A stretch of DNA of 64,000 nt from Balanoglossus misakiensis. Its lineage: Eukaryota > Animalia > Hemichordata. The notes under the pieces are model-generated. The model did not search any database. It was not told where the DNA came from and worked only from the letters and a program-made list of their open reading frames with translations. How positions within the stretch are numbered: position 1 is the stretch's first letter; every line of letters begins with the position of its first letter. The position numbers were made by a program, and so were the translations under genes. Location: positions 4,962,156 through 5,026,155 of the forward strand of contig CM082588.2 in the NCBI GenBank assembly GCA_040954595.2. The letters are read 5' to 3'. This document shows, in pieces, positions 62,612 to 64,000 of this stretch.

Positions 62612-63908
62612 ATGGCGGAAAGTCCAACATGTTCCCCCAGGGCAAAATGGAAACGACCCTCGGATGTGATGAAAATGAGACGCAGAAAGAAAGTCCAAGG
62701 AGGCCAGAACACAACCTTGAATTCTCCTCAGACCCTAATTGGAAGCAGCCAAAATGCAGAGAAGGAAAGGACAAGAGTTGAGAAGAGAAGAAATCCCTTT
62801 GGTTGCCGGAAGTCGCCCAGGAAGAGGGTTTACTTGTCAACGTCTGACAGCGATGTCAGTGAGGAGACGGCTAAAATTACTGAAAGTCAGCGTGACTTCT
62901 TCAAATCATTGGATCACCCCCTTGTGAAGGTAGGCTTTTTTATTTCTGGATCTGCTACAAGAGGATGACTTGCAGGCTCAATGGGAATATTGGAATACAG
63001 CTAGATTTTGCAACACAACTGAATGGAAGTCTTTGTCTATGGCTGGGTTTTGACTGCAGCACATACAAGCAGACAAAATTCATTCTGATCTTTCTTCATG
63101 TGAGTGCATGCAAAGGTAATTCTAGAATTGATTAAATTGTACATTTCAGGAAATGAAACCTGAAGTTTTAAACAAACAAGTCTTCAGATCATCCCAGGAA
63201 AGCCAAGTTACGAAGAGTGCACCATGCCAACCAGAAGTTGAAGTAAGATAGGATTTTATTTTCTCCGAAACAATATTCAAAATTGTTTACTTTTGAAATC
63301 TACCTGTATTATAGGTATTGATACTGGAGGGAAATCATGCTTTGGATTTTGTTCACAGGTACAGAAGAAGGTTGAAAGTCAGCCAGAATGTCCGGTGGAC
63401 TGGAGCATAAAAACAAGGATACGGTTTCTGTCTCCGGAAACTTTCAATTGGTGCATGAACTTGAAATCCACAGAAGAATCTGCAGGCATCAATGCGTTTG
63501 TGAGATGTCAGCCTTATGAGAAAATCGAAAGTGTTCAAGTAAGTGATAATATGTAGGATCTGGCAAGATTGATGTGGTAGTGTATGAATCTTGTGTGTGT
63601 GTCAGTGTTTGTATGGGGTGTATGATTGTGTGTATGGTATGTATTGTAAATGTGTGTGTGTGTGTGTGTGTGTTTGTGCACAGGACTGTAGCTAAGTACA
63701 GATTAAAACTTGTTTTTTTGCTGTTTGAAAACTGAGTGTTACCTGATACATTGTGCTTAGAATGTGAATATCGTCATCATCTACAGGATTTACAGAAGAA
63801 TGCAAAGGCTCGTTCACAATTCCAGCAGTGTCTCCACACATGGATCCATCCAAACATTCCATGGATAAAATTGTTCCCTCGGTTATCGACTGATATAAAA
63901 CAGACCAG
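62612..63908 (+). CDS. DONSON: DONSON (protein downstream neighbor of Son) homolog, first four coding exons (3' partial)
   Basis: In-frame GT-AG exons 62612-62929, 63150-63242, 63359-63538 and 63787-63908. Motifs WKRP, KRRNPF, PVDWSIKTRIRFLS and FQQCLHTWIHPNIPWIKLFPR match the conserved blocks of DONSON. Confidence 0.92.
63592..63678. repeat. TG-rich / (TG)n tract in a DONSON intron
   Basis: Imperfect TG repeats ending in a pure run near 63651-63673. Confidence 0.85.
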
Positions 63909-64000
63909 GTGAGTTCCATGAGTAGTATGTGATTGCTTTTGTATCAACAGTCAAACATCTGTACTCACAGTGCAAACTTAACTTCGGTTTAATTACTTAA

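Overview
Eukaryotic (animal) genomic DNA with GT-AG introns, microsatellites and non-autonomous repeats. A marine invertebrate, probably a non-vertebrate deuterostome, is my inference; the sequence does not prove it. Left to right: the last four exons of an SLC22-type transporter (+); two intronless three-Ig-domain receptor genes arranged head-to-head (1422-2975 minus, 3172-5097 plus); about 34 kb with no recognisable gene; an intronless class A GPCR (-); about 14 kb non-coding; a secreted tectonin-like double beta-propeller gene (-); a complete MGST3 (-) divergent from the 5' part of DONSON (+). The main finding is the Ig pair. The two genes share a 482-bp inverted arm that is 99.6% identical and covers the 5' leader, signal peptide and first Ig domain. 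They diverge in Ig domains 2-3 and have unrelated TM and cytoplasmic tails, one ending in an ITAM-like motif and the other carrying several ITIMs. A 90-bp spacer between the arms has a 10-bp TATA-like palindrome exactly on the symmetry axis. This looks like a paired activating/inhibitory immune receptor system homogenised by gene conversion, possibly with an invertible shared promoter. All alignments and counts were done by eye and no database searches were run.
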